DNA from: Octopus sinensis
Lineage: Eukaryota
Assembly (NCBI RefSeq): GCF_006345805.1
Contig: NC_043011.1
Coordinates: forward strand, 28,718,464-28,782,463
Direction: 5' to 3'
Length of the DNA: 64,000 nucleotides
Shown here: piece after piece, positions 1-11,399 of the stretch
Layout: every line of letters begins with the position of its first letter
Numbering within the stretch: position 1 is the stretch's first letter
Translations under genes and position numbers: made by a program
Notes under the pieces: generated by a model
Database searches by the model: none
Told to the model about the DNA's origin: nothing
The model's input: the letters and a program-made list of their open reading frames with translations, nothing else

Positions 1-661
1 AAGTGTAAACCACGGTCCTTTGAGTAATGAATGCCTGGGTTATTTTCTGTAACTATGTCGATTTTGTATTTATTATTAGGTGATATATCGATTTCATTTT
101 ACATATCTTTTGCAATACAATAATACAATATACATACTGCTCTGTTAGTTTCCACACCAGAATTTTTCAGTTCAACATGGGTCGTCCACAAAGTATGTAA
201 CTAAAACAAAATGGTTGACAACAAAGGCACGACAGCAAAAGGAGAGAAAGACAACTAAGTTAGAGAAAGCCAGAGTAAAACAACTCAAAGAAATATATGA
301 ATAAGCATGTAGGCGTAGAGAATATGATTCTGTTTCTGCTGTACACGACAGTGAGGCCAGGGTATCTCAGGAAGAGAATAATCAACTTCGGAAAAATAAA
401 CTGAACCAGCTTTTACATTCTGTGAATATTTTGGTGCCAATTTAATAACCATTATAGACAGAATGTCTCATGCAAATAGTAGTGAAATTCAAATAGGAAC
501 AATAGTGCAAACACGATGCTGTGGAATCACACTGAATATGTATAACGGGAGTAGACATGAGAAAAAAACATCAACTTTCAAATTACAAACCTGTTACAGG
601 TTTTGGCAATGACTACCACTTTCGATTACTTACAATAACATAGTATATATATATATATATA

Positions 662-840
662 GTGAGAATTTACAAAAAAACAACAAAAACTAAAGACAAA
701 GACGGGTGTGTAAACAACAAACACGTAAGAAGATCTTTTACGTTTCGAGCCTACGCTCGTCGACAGAAAGAAACAACACAGAAAGTAAAAACAGGAGAAA
801 AAGAGAAAAAAGGTTTAGTGGCGAGTGATCTATCATGGCC
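662..840 (-). mobile_element. Short (TA)n-flanked non-autonomous element with a minimal hammerhead-like motif (family H3; Penelope-LTR-like)
   Basis: Minus strand 734-771 reads UCUUU-CUGUCGA-C-GAG cguagg CUC-GAAAC-GUA-AAAGA. Homologous to the inverted copy at 28930-29135 and shares its core with 34165-34420. Confidence 0.6.
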
Positions 841-1075
841 ATATTATATATATATATATATATAATAATATATATATATATATATATAATATATTTATAT
901 ATAACAAAAAGGGACATTAGCCATTTGAATGTGGGCTAGGGACAGGCAGGGCGGTGGGGGTGTTACTGTTGCATTTAGAAGCCCAGGCGAACATCAACGT
1001 CACCAGAAAGGCTTGACACCATCACGGCGTCCTCTATCCTGCAAAGGAGATCATCCACCGAAGAAGCGGAAGCCA

Positions 1076-1120
1076 CATACGGACCCAGGTTTCGAGGTGT
1101 TTGCCTCTCGTCAACGTATG
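1076..1120 (-). ncRNA. Type I hammerhead ribozyme fold (family H1, antisense copy)
   Basis: Exact reverse complement of 1372-1416. Confidence 0.75.
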
Positions 1121-1371
1121 GTAGGCACCGCCCCTCGACGAACGACTCTCTGTGCAGGATATTTATATATAGATTTTCACGTAAATACATTTACTGATTT
1201 CGAAATCTGTTCGACAGCAATAATAATCTCTAAACGAGATATAGACAGTACTGCTCCATAACAAAAGGGACATTAGCCATTTGAATGTTTTTTCGAAATC
1301 AGTAATGTATGTACGTGAAAATCTATATATCAATATCCTGCACGAGACTCGTTCGTCGGGGCGGTGCCTAC

Positions 1372-1416
1372 CATACGTTGACGAGAGGCAAACACCTCGA
1401 AACCTGGGTCCGTATG
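1372..1416 (+). ncRNA. Type I hammerhead ribozyme fold (family H1, C3U core variant)
   Basis: CAUACG-UUGACGA-GAGG caaaca CCUC-GAA-ACC ug GGU-C-CGUAUG. Stem I CAUACG/CGUAUG, stem II GAGG/CCUC, stem III ACC/GGU. Predicted cleavage after GUC at 1410. Confidence 0.75.
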
Positions 1417-1654
1417 TGGCTTCCGCTTCTTCGGTGGATGATCTCCCTTGCAGGATAGAGGACGCCGTGAGGGTGTCAAGCCTTTCTGGGACGTTGATGT
1501 TCGCCTGGGGCTAAATGCAACAGTAACACCCCCACCGCCCTGCCCTGTCCTAGCCACATTCAAATGGCTAATGTCCCTTTTGTTATGGAGCAGTTACTGT
1601 CTATATCTCGTTTAGAGAATTTTATTGCTATATATATAATATATATATATATAC

Positions 1655-1851
1655 AGCACGGAATTTTTCAGTGAACAGGTCGCGGTTTCAAAGCGACGAA
1701 CATATTTGAGAAATTAATTTAAATGTTGAAGTGAATCTAACGGTTTTTTTTGTGTTTCTTAAAAGGCTTATAAACACCTTCCACGCTGCAATTGTTTTCG
1801 TTCCAGCACACGATCTCAGATCAGGTCACTTGCTATGCAAGTACATCTCCG

Positions 1852-1853
<2 letters not shown>
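1655..1853. repeat. Unclassified dispersed repeat (second copy at 54766-55097)
   Basis: gtgaacaggtcgcggtttcaaag...cagcacacgatctcagatc...acttgctatgcaagtacatctccgtaa recurs at about 54915-55097. Confidence 0.7.
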
Positions 1854-1882
<29 letters not shown>

Positions 1883-1885
<3 letters not shown>

Positions 1886-2102
1886 CATTTCGGGACGGTC
1901 ACTGTTTTTTGATAAATAAATACACGCAATTATATACTCATTCTTCACTTCAGCTTTACAATTGTTCCTATTTTAGTGTCCTTTGTCATAAATCCTGCAG
2001 AGATCACAGGATGTGTGACGAAAGATTTAAGACAAAAGACACAAAAAATTATAACAATAATAAAGCTGAAGGGAAGAACGAATATATATTGCATGTGTTT
2101 AT
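1883..2102. repeat. Long imperfect hairpin element with a hammerhead-like core at its apex (family H6)
   Basis: 1912-1993 is an imperfect reverse complement of 2024-2102. The centre is CUGCAGAG-AUCAC aggaugu GUGAC-GAAA. The end motif acatttcgggacggtca matches, in reverse complement, tgaccgtcccgaaatac at 10201-10217. Confidence 0.6.
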
Positions 2103-2276
2103 CCCCCCCCTCCTCAAAAATGGCCTTAACAAAATATAGGAGTATCTGTTTTAACACACGATTTCGCATCAGGAATCTTGCAAAACAAATACACACACAT
2201 GCACATAAAAATATATACATATGTATATGTATTTGTATGTATGTATGTATGTATGTATGTATGTATGTATGTATGT

Positions 2277-3410
2277 ACTGGGATTGAACAAAATGGAAAC
2301 ACCTTAAAATTTCAAACAATTTTATTTTAATATGGGGTAGGACCACATTCGGCAGTAATTACAGCTTGAATTCTACGAGGTATGGACTCATTCTTCAGCT
2401 AAAACAGTCCCCACTTCTTTTAGTGATGACTGTGGAGGTTATCGACTCTTTACTTGTTTTTCTAAAATTCACCATAAATGTTCAATAATATTGAAATCTG
2501 GGGACTGTAGTGGCCAGATAAGATGTTCAAATTCACTAGAATGCTCCTCGTGCTATTCAGTAACAACTTTAGCTGTGTGAATTGGAGCATTATCGTCCTG
2601 AAAGATTGCCTTTCCCCCCGGAAACAGTTCCGCAACAATAGGAGGAATTTGATCCGATAAAATGCCTAAATAGTCTTGACTATTAGTTCTGCTATGAAGG
2701 GAAACCATTGGGCCGGTGGATTTCCAAGATATAGCCCCCCAGATCATCACAGATCCTCCTCCATGTTTTACAACTGGAAGAAGGCAGTCTAGGTCAAATG
2801 CTTCTTTTGGCTGTCTCCACACGTATACTCGGCCGGTGGTCGGAAATAAGGTAAAGGACGACTCGTCCGAGAAAATAACATTCTTCCACTGCTCAAAGGA
2901 CCAATCCTGTAGGTTTTTACTCCACACTAAACACTTTGCAAAGTTTGTTTTTGAAAGTAGTGATTTTCAGATTGCAGTCCTCCTATGAAATCCGGTTTTG
3001 TGCAATTCCCAACGAACTGTTTTTTTGAAACTGGATTCTCGAGGTGGCCATTAAGCTCTGCAATAATTTTGGGAGCTGTACTTTTGTGATCCTTTCTGAC
3101 AATTCGCGTAAGAGTCCGACGGCCCCTATTTGATAGTTGTGGTTTTCTTCCGGAGCTTTGTGTCAACGAGGAGGTTTTTCCCTATTTCTCAAAGGCTGTC
3201 GTTACTTTCGAGACAGTAGTTCTTGATACACCAAACATTTCGGCTGTTTTCGTTACGCTAGAGCCTGCCATACGAGCACCAACAATTTGACTTCTTTGAG
3301 AGTCCGATAGATCTGTCATTTTAGTGAATTTTAATTACCTTTTTCTAATGATATCTGAAAAGAAACAGTAATTTTAGCAAAACATATTAAGCAACACTAA
3401 TAATACGTCC
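2277..3410 (-). mobile_element. Tc1-like DNA transposon remnant (DDE transposase pseudogene)
   Basis: ORFs 2553-2927 and 2927-3166 (-) contain WKNVIFSDESSF, VKHGGGSVMIWG and IFQDDNAPIH, plus an HTH region GRKPQLS..RGRRTLTRIVRK. Interrupted by stops and frameshifts. Confidence 0.9.
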
Positions 3411-3417
3411 CTGTATT

Positions 3418-3565
3418 CTAGCGGTTCGGCAAAAGAAACTGATAGAATAAGTATTAGACTTTCAAAGAGTAAGTCCTGGGGTTGATTTCTTCGACTAAAA
3501 ACCAGTTAAGGTGGTGCTCTAGCATGGTCTGTGTCAAAAGACTGAAACAAGTAAAAGAATAAACA
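3418..3565 (+). mobile_element. tRNA-derived SINE family A, 3' fragment
   Basis: gcggttcggcaaaag...gactgaaacaagtaaaag matches the 3' end of the full copy at 36881-37424. Confidence 0.75.
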
Positions 3566-4327
3566 CACACACACAATTGGTGTCAAGACTGATACTGACT
3601 ATAGGCGTTATATCCGCGACTAACACGTCTTATTTCGTTTTATTTTTCTTAGTGAAAAGGCACAATGGATCTAGCATTTCATTATTCAATTCGTACTTCC
3701 TCTTCTAACTAGATAGTTTCTGATTTGATGGTGATATGGTTTATATTGCTAACAGTTCAGTCGACCTAGTAGATGTAGCCGTTTGCTTTGTTTTTTTCTG
3801 TTGCCTGATCTTCTGTTGATAGAACACTAAATATATGATAGATAATGGAATTTTCAAACTTTCGACTAAAAAAAAAACCCATCTGAATACAATAAATGGT
3901 TTTATTGTAACAGTAAAAAAAAAAGAAATCATTAATTTAAAAAAAAGAATCATAGATTTTGCATCTTTTCTAATTTTTCATCAGATAGTGTGTGTGTCTT
4001 CGCGTGTGTATGTGTGCGTGCGTGCTTGTCTGTATGTGTATAAGCATGTAGATTTACATATGTCAGTGTGTGTTCTTCTCTCTCTCCCATTCACTCTCTC
4101 TGTTCTGCTCCTACACAATATGTATGTATACACACACATATACGCATTCATACATACCGATATACATGCCCACATATACGTGGGCATATATATATGTGTG
4201 TGTGTATATATTATGTGTATGTATATACTATGTAATTATATATATAAACATACTATGTACGCATATATATACACACACACATATATATATAATAAATCTT
4301 AGAGCGAGTTATAAACAGTAGCCACAA

Positions 4328-4794
4328 CACATCGTGACGTATATTTGCCATTTAAATATGGCTAACCCCTAAGGGTGGATGCTACTGTAGTTTGTAGCCC
4401 TAAGAGGACACCTCCTCCAGCTGGCTATAGACACACTTTCTGTGCCCTATCAGTATTTGCAAAGGGAAGCCATCCTTCCCGTCTCCAACTTATGATACAC
4501 ACGGACTCGAGTTTCTGAGTATTGACTCGTCATCGGTGTGTGACAATCACAGTTGTCGATGAAAAGTAGGTTCCTTTCACAAATATATATACTTTTTCCA
4601 GTATTGTAAAGACACTGATATCGAAAAAGTGTATCATAAGTTGGAGACGGGAAGGATGGCTTCCCTTTGCAAATACTGATAGGGCACAGAAAGTGTGTCT
4701 ATAGCCAGCTGGAGGAGGTGTCCTCCTGGGGCTACAAACTACAGTAGCATCCACCCTTAGGGGTTAGCCATATTTAAATGGCAAATATACGTCA

Positions 4795-4798
<4 letters not shown>
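4328..4798. mobile_element. Hammerhead repeat family H2, locus 1: ~170-bp near-perfect inverted repeat (4328-4500 / 4629-4798) around a ribozyme-bearing spacer
   Basis: The arms are near-identical reverse complements and the right arm runs into (TA)n. Homologous to 48943-49410. Confidence 0.8.
4498..4542 (-). ncRNA. Type I hammerhead-like fold (family H2, variant core CCGAUGA-C...A-GAAA)
   Basis: Minus strand reads CACACA-CCGAUGA-C-GAG ucaaua CUC-A-GAA-ACUCGAGU-C-CGUGUG, with a palindromic stem III. Predicted cleavage after 4504. Confidence 0.6.
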
Positions 4799-4887
<89 letters not shown>

Positions 4888-4990
4888 CATATATATAATA
4901 TATATATATATATATTATTATATATATATATATATATTACATACATATATATATATATATATATGTATATTCACACACATATATATATTC
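4797..4990. repeat. (TA)n microsatellite
   Basis: Direct inspection. Confidence 0.95.
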
Positions 4991-5856
4991 ATAGATTGAT
5001 ATGGGTATCTTTAGGAAAAAAGAACACTAACATTTGAAAAGAAACAGTACAAAACAATATAGCGCGTGCACACACACACACACGCATGCACACACACACG
5101 CGCGCGTACACACACACATAGGTGTATGTATGTTTGTGTATATATAAATATATATATTGGGTTGACCAAAAAGTCTGTTCTGTTTTTGTCAACACTAAAC
5201 TACAAGTGGTCTAATAACTTCAATCAGTCCCTTGTGCATGCTCACGAGATAGATACTTGACACTTGATGAAGTTGGGCGCGAATCTGTGAAAAGACAAGC
5301 TCTGCTTTGTCTGCTTGTACAAATGCAATTTGTAAGTGGAACAATAGAAATATTTAAGACTTTTCTCAAGTTTAAAATGTGAATTTTTTTTGTTATCTGA
5401 ATTTCAACGATGGAAGCTTTGTATCTTTGTTAGAAACTAGCTCGTCTCCAAGAGGAAGACTTCAAAGAATAAAAAAAAAATTGAGGAAGACATACATACA
5501 CACTCAGAGAGACTACGTAAGCGATGCAAAAGGTGAGAGAGGATAACAGGGAGAGATGTAAAGGGTAAATTGAAGTAAAACTTGCAATCAACGATATCTT
5601 ATTCTTCATATGATGAATAACGTATTATCGCTGTAATGTTTTTATCATCTTCTAGTTCACATGCCATTTTGAACAAATTTGCCTGAATATTTCATAAGGC
5701 GATGTACATGCAATTCTATTATCTTTCTTCGACAGACAGCTTATCGTATGTTTCTTTGAAACAAGAAATTTTAATCCGTTTTCTTTTTGTTCCGTTATTG
5801 TTTATTACTATTTATATATATTTGTAGTTTTACACCTGTATATTTTTTTGTACTTC

Positions 5857-5986
5857 CTCCTCCTCCTCCTCCTCCTCTCCTCCTCCTCCTCCTCCTCCTC
5901 CTCATCATCATCATCATCATCATCACCATCATCACCATCATCACCAGCAACATCATCATCATCATCATCATCATCACAATCACCGA

Positions 5987-6039
<53 letters not shown>
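5857..6039. repeat. Compound trinucleotide microsatellite (CCT)n-(CAT)n
   Basis: Direct inspection. It produces the poly-P/L/I, poly-S and poly-M ORFs. Confidence 0.95.
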
Positions 6040-6040
<1 letters not shown>

Positions 6041-6350
6041 TTCTTTCTTTTTATGGCTATTCCCCACCTTCTCACCCCCATTACGCTCCACCCACTATCT
6101 ACTAAATAAATTATCCAAATCCACTGTTCTCTTATAATAAATAGTTTAAAGCCACCGACTTTATCTTAAAGAACTTTACATTCAATTTAGAAAGAAGTTT
6201 TACCAAATCCAATTTAACACTTATATCACATTTCGTTTAGATTTTAACACCGAAATCTCTCCTTCCATACTCTTTATTCTCTTTAAGCCTTCACTTTTAT
6301 GTTTCACATATTTTTCTTCCATATAGCTTCTCTTTACACTCGTCTGCCGC

Positions 6351-6351
<1 letters not shown>

Positions 6352-6413
<62 letters not shown>

Positions 6414-7030
6414 AATCATGCCCTTTGTTTAAAAAATTCTTTTATCTATTTAATCTGACTACCTGCATATCCATCATCTCGCTTATCTTCTCATTCTGGT
6501 ATATTCCAACCTGCCTGCTTGCCTGCCTGCCTGCCTGCCTGCCTGCTTGCCTGCCTACCTACCTACCTACCTACCTACCTACCTACCTACCTACCTACCT
6601 ACCTACCTACTTACCTACCTACCTACCTACTTACCTACCTGCCAACCTATCTCTATCCCTCCTTCTCTTCCTCCCTTCCTCCCTCGCTCCTTCCCTGCCT
6701 GCCTGCCTGCTTGCCTACCTGCCTGCCTCCCTTCCTGCCGGCCTGCTTGCCTGCCTCCCTACCTGCCTGCCTGCCTGCCTATCTACCCACTTCTCTCCCT
6801 TCCTCCCTCTTTCCCTACCTACCTACCTACCTACCTACCTACCTACCTACCTACCTACATACCAACCTACCTACCTACATACCTACCTACCTACCTACCA
6901 ACCTACCTTCTTAGCGTTTTACCTAATTTCCTATAATCCTACCAACCAACCAACCAACCAACCAACCAACCAACCAACCAACCAACCAACCAACCAACCA
7001 ACCAATCAACTAGCCAACCAACCAACTTTC
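6352..7030. repeat. Tetranucleotide microsatellite complex (TTTC)n, (CCTG)n, (CCTA)n, (CCAA)n
   Basis: Direct inspection. Confidence 0.95.
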
Positions 7031-7047
7031 CTACTACCTACATATAT

Positions 7048-7450
7048 TACCGTAAATTCTCGAGTATAATCCGCATTTCCCCCCAAAATTTAAAGATCAA
7101 ATTCCCTAGTGTGTACTATATACAAGGTTAAAAATGAAAAACATTTTCTAAGCAATGACCGAGTCTCTATTTGCTATCCGGCAATTTTTATTCATTTTGT
7201 GATGTTGAGCGCGAAAATACCTTAAGCTAAGCTTGAAAGCAATGAAGTCATAAAAGAATCATCTATAACTTGCAGCAAGCAACATTTATTAAAATAAAAG
7301 TATTCATAACACAGAATAACATGTAACAAAACAATTTGAAAACGTATTTACATCCCCATATAACAGTTAAGAACATCACCATTATTGCATTACGCATGCG
7401 CAGAAGTGTTTGTTCGACTAGGTGCTGCTGGCTTAATTACGCACGAATCA
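7048..7450. mobile_element. pogo/Tigger-like MITE, truncated copy
   Basis: Begins taccgtaaattctcgagtataatccgca. The body is the reverse complement of 24130-24548. Confidence 0.65.
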
Positions 7451-7875
7451 TAGATAAATACTTCTAGTAAGAAACGTGGAGGAAACATTTATAAAATAAT
7501 AATTAACATCTGGGTATATCAATCTTCTCCTTTACTGGCCAACCTGAGGCTCGCGGCCTGCAGACTTTTATCTTGTGACCCGCTTGGTACTTTCTTGAAA
7601 TGGGTTTATTTAAACTAATATTTTAAAATTTTTATCAAAAATTAAAGATTGTAATGAAAAGTAAAAAAGAAAGATACTGTTTTTGCAACGATAATATTTC
7701 ATGTTGAATCAATGATCATTCATTCATTATTGTAATAATATCATGAGAAAGCAAAATGTTTTCAATACTGTCAGCAGCCCGCAATGTAATTCGAGTTGGC
7801 CAGGCTTGCTCTAAACAGATGTCAATTTTCTTTTATCATTTGCAGGATACTTAACATTTCTTTTCTTGTCATTTT

Positions 7876-9400
7876 TTGTCTTTTACTATAACTTCTATGG
7901 CCAAGAAGACCCCTCAAAGGAGATGGAACGGGTGGACCAGAGCTATACGGATCCCCGAAAATAATGACCAGGTTAAAAATATGGTCGCACATGCGGTGGG
8001 TGCGAGTACCAAGACCACACTCAAGGGCCATATATTTAATATTAATAACAAGATATTCACCCAAGAGGAAGGTGCAGCCATCGGTGTCAGTATTGCTGGC
8101 CATATGGCTAACCTATTTATGGTATGGTGGGATAGGATGCTTAAAGAGAAATTAGCAGAGAACACCATAAACCTAACCGTGTACTCCCGCTACGTGGATG
8201 ATATCAGTATAGTAGCCAAAGCACCCCTACAAGACAATATTAATGATCTAGAAGTTAACACTATGGAGAGCATCCAGCAAATAGCTAACTCCATCCACCA
8301 GAGTATAGAAATAATGATAGAATACCCTATTAAGCACCCTAACTATAGATTACCCGTTTTAGATACTGAACTCTTGCTAGAAACGAAGAACGGTAAAGTC
8401 CAGATCCTTCACTCTCATTATACCAAACCTATGGCCTCTAAGTACCTTGTTCACAAGAACGCAGCGATTGTGGATAACGCCATGTTCAACATTCTGATAG
8501 CTAACTTGGTGAGAGTGATGAGGAATGTGTCTCGCATGTGCGACCCTATGGAATTGGAAAGACACATAAAACACTTTATCCACCGCATGCAGTTCCCTGA
8601 CTACAACCAAAGGAACAGGATTAGAGTGTACAAAGCAGCCAGGGCTAAGTACAAAGCCATCATAGAGAGTGATGCTAATGGGATCTGCCCGCTGTACAGG
8701 AGTAAATCCTGGAACATCACGGAAAGGACCAGTAATAAGATAAATAAGGCTAACACTTGGTATGACAAAAAAATACCAGAGTATCAAGTTCGTTGATGCT
8801 ATCCTTGGCGGCGAACTAGCACACCTTTTTCGAAAAACATTAAGTAAGGCTAATCTACGTATTAAAATAATAGAGAGGCCATGTGCCCCTTTAAAATCCC
8901 TGATCTGCAATACCTATCCCTTTGATAAGTCGCCTTGTACGGAGTACAATTATATTGTATGTAGGACGAACCCACTGGTTAACTGTAAGGTTAAGAATGT
9001 AGTGTGTAGCTTACTATGTACTGAGGGACGGTGCAGAAACATGAGAGCTACCTACATTGGAGAGACTGCACGCAGCATAGGAGAGCGTATAGGTGATCAT
9101 TGGCGAGAGCTCAAAGAAGGGAAAAGCTCGTCAGTGCTCTACCAATATGCTCAAGCAGAACATGGAAGTTCGATTAATAGCATAGAGGTTAAAGTACTAA
9201 CGACACATAGAACTGACACGACACTTAGATTACAGAAGCTACACACATAACAATAGGCAGACCGAGCCTCAATAGAAAACATGAATGGAACAGTAACACC
9301 CACCACCACACACCTCACCACATGACTAAAGGCAGTAAGGATGTGAAGAGAGAGGGAAAGAAAAAGAAGAACCCGTAAATAATACACAGAAACATACAGG
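7876..9400 (+). mobile_element. Penelope-like retroelement: reverse transcriptase plus GIY-YIG endonuclease, frameshifted
   Basis: ORF 7876-8796 has FTQEEGAAIGVSIAGHMANLFM, YSRYVDD, LPVLDT and HYTKPMAS. ORF 8762-9250 has CKVKNVV...C..TYIGETARSIGERIGDH. A third frame continues EATHITIGRPSLNRKHEW. Confidence 0.9.
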
Positions 9401-10054
9401 GTAATATACACAATAGACATATATGCACTTACCTGTGATACTTATGAGAAATAGAGATAGATGTTTAAGAAAAATATAAATAAATATATAACTAGATAAA
9501 TAATTAAATATATAAATAGATCCGCCACATACCTGTGATAAATGTAAGACAGAGGAAGATAAAATAAATAAATAAATAAAACTATATAGAGAGCATAGAT
9601 GTATACGAAGCGAACCGATACACACACACAAGCACACACACATGAAACTTCATGGACGGCAATAACAATGTCAATAACACAACTAACACGGTCAGCAGTG
9701 GCAGTGTCAACGATGGCAATAACAACAACAACAACAACTACCACAATCGCAATATCGTGGTCGAACACACATACACAGAGGAATGCAGGAACTATACCAT
9801 TTTTGTTTTCTTCAGGTCTTAGGACAGCAGCAGTACTATGGGGTGAGAGGATGGGGCTGAGAGGAAGGCCACACTGCAGCTAAAAGCTATGACACACGCA
9901 CAAGCATACACACACACATACACAGTCATGCAGGCGCGCGCACAGATACACACACACAAACAAACAAGGACACAAACGCATGCGCACATAAGGAGACACA
10001 TCTTAGAAGAACAGAATGGAGTAAGTGGAGCAAGAACACCCACGGAAACGAAAA

Positions 10055-10218
10055 GTGCCGCTAAAGAGGTCACAGATGTGTGACGAAAGACAAAAGATAA
10101 AAAAAATAAAAATAAAATAAGAACTAATAAACGAGTGAAGAAAAAAATATTTAGTGCGCGTGTTTATTTGGCAATAAATAAATAAATAAATAAATAAAAA
10201 TGACCGTCCCGAAATACA
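10055..10218 (+). repeat. Half copy of the family H6 hairpin element downstream of the Penelope element (possible pseudo-LTR remnant)
   Basis: CUAAAGAG-GUCAC agaugu GUGAC-GAAA at 10061-10088 and terminal tgaccgtcccgaaatac, both shared with 1883-2102. Confidence 0.5.
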
Positions 10219-10938
10219 ACAGTAAATCTTTTTTCTTACGAGCAAAAATGTGATACACAGTAGACCAAGGAATTAAAAATAATCAAATAGGAATTGCATG
10301 TTTAAGCTACGGAATAATTTCTGTAAACAATATAGCGAAAGGACCAAAACTTCTCAAAACAATCTTTTAATCATTTCTCTGCAATTAGCAATATCCGTCA
10401 ATTTGTGTTACCATTACCGAAGCAAATGAAGCGAAACCGTTCTTGCACGCTCTATTACAAATGCAAATAGCTGTAATTAAAAATAAATGTGGTTTTCTCT
10501 AATTTAAATGTATTTATTTTATTAACATTTTAACACATTCGAATAAAATCCACATATTTAGCGTAATTACTGATTGAGCCGGTGTAATCGTGCGCGCGCG
10601 TGTTTGTAGATTCGATAGAATGTGGAATAACTATAACTTGTGTATTTCTTCTGAGTCCTTGTGTCCTGAAACCAGATTCCTCTTTCAATCGGCTCAGTCC
10701 CTCATTTCTAAAAAATTCAGTGGTTCGAAGCCAATCGTTTCACCGATTACCTACGTTCCACTAACGTTGCTCGATCGCGGTTGAATCTGGTGGTGGCACA
10801 CAGCAACAATAATAATTCTTATAAAGCCAAATGTTTAATTCAGTATCCTGTCGATTGCTATCTTACGAGGTGCATTCCAAAAGGTTTGTGAATTTCTTTT
10901 AGGAGAGGCAGGTATTGGATTATTGTAACTCTTTTTTT

Positions 10939-11347
10939 TTTACTCTTTTACTTTTTTCAGTCATTTGGCTGTGGTCATGACGGAGCACCGCCTTTAGTCG
11001 AGCAAATCAACCCCAGGACTTATTCTTTGTAAGCCCAGTACTTATTCTATCGGTCTCTTTTGCTGAACCGTTAAGCCACGGGGACGTAAACACACCAGCA
11101 TCGGTTGTAAAGCGATGTTGTGGGAACAAACACAGACATACAAACATACAGAAATACATATATATATATATATATACATATATACGACGGGCTTCTTTCA
11201 GTTTCCGTCTACGAAATCCCCTCACAAGGCTTTGATCAGCCCGAGGCTATAGTAGAAAACACTTCTTAAGGTGCCATGCAGTGGGACTGAACCCGGGACC
11301 ATGTGGTTCGTAAGCAAGCTACTTACCACACAGCCACTCCTACGCCT
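10939..11347 (-). mobile_element. tRNA-derived SINE family A, full copy
   Basis: Reverse complement begins aggcgtaggagtggctgtgtggtaag...ggttcagtccc (A/B-box-like head). High similarity to the other copies. Confidence 0.85.
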
Positions 11348-11399
11348 AATTTTAATATGTCATTATTAAACATCTAATAAGCTGACCTGCCAACGTTTT

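Larger units (their letters stand above)
901..1630. mobile_element. Retrozyme-like hammerhead repeat family H1, locus 1: an antisense 357-nt monomer plus 30-nt direct overlap, then a sense copy (foldback), flanked by (TA)n
   Basis: ataacaaaa(a)gggacattagccatttgaatg occurs at 901 and 1258 (period 357). 1291-1630 is the reverse complement of the same unit. Homologous to 38407-39237. Confidence 0.8.

Noticed and set aside
929-1563. Conserved-looking ORFs shared with 38611-39221
   Set aside because: They arise from the non-coding H1 repeat. Frames break differently in each copy, while the RNA motif is what is conserved.
5157-5290. Mariner-like terminus tattgggttgaccaaaaag
   Set aside because: A single short end with no partner TIR or convincing coding remnant.
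5787-7069. Poly-P/L/I, poly-S, poly-M and (PTYL)n ORFs
   Set aside because: Translations of tri- and tetranucleotide repeats.
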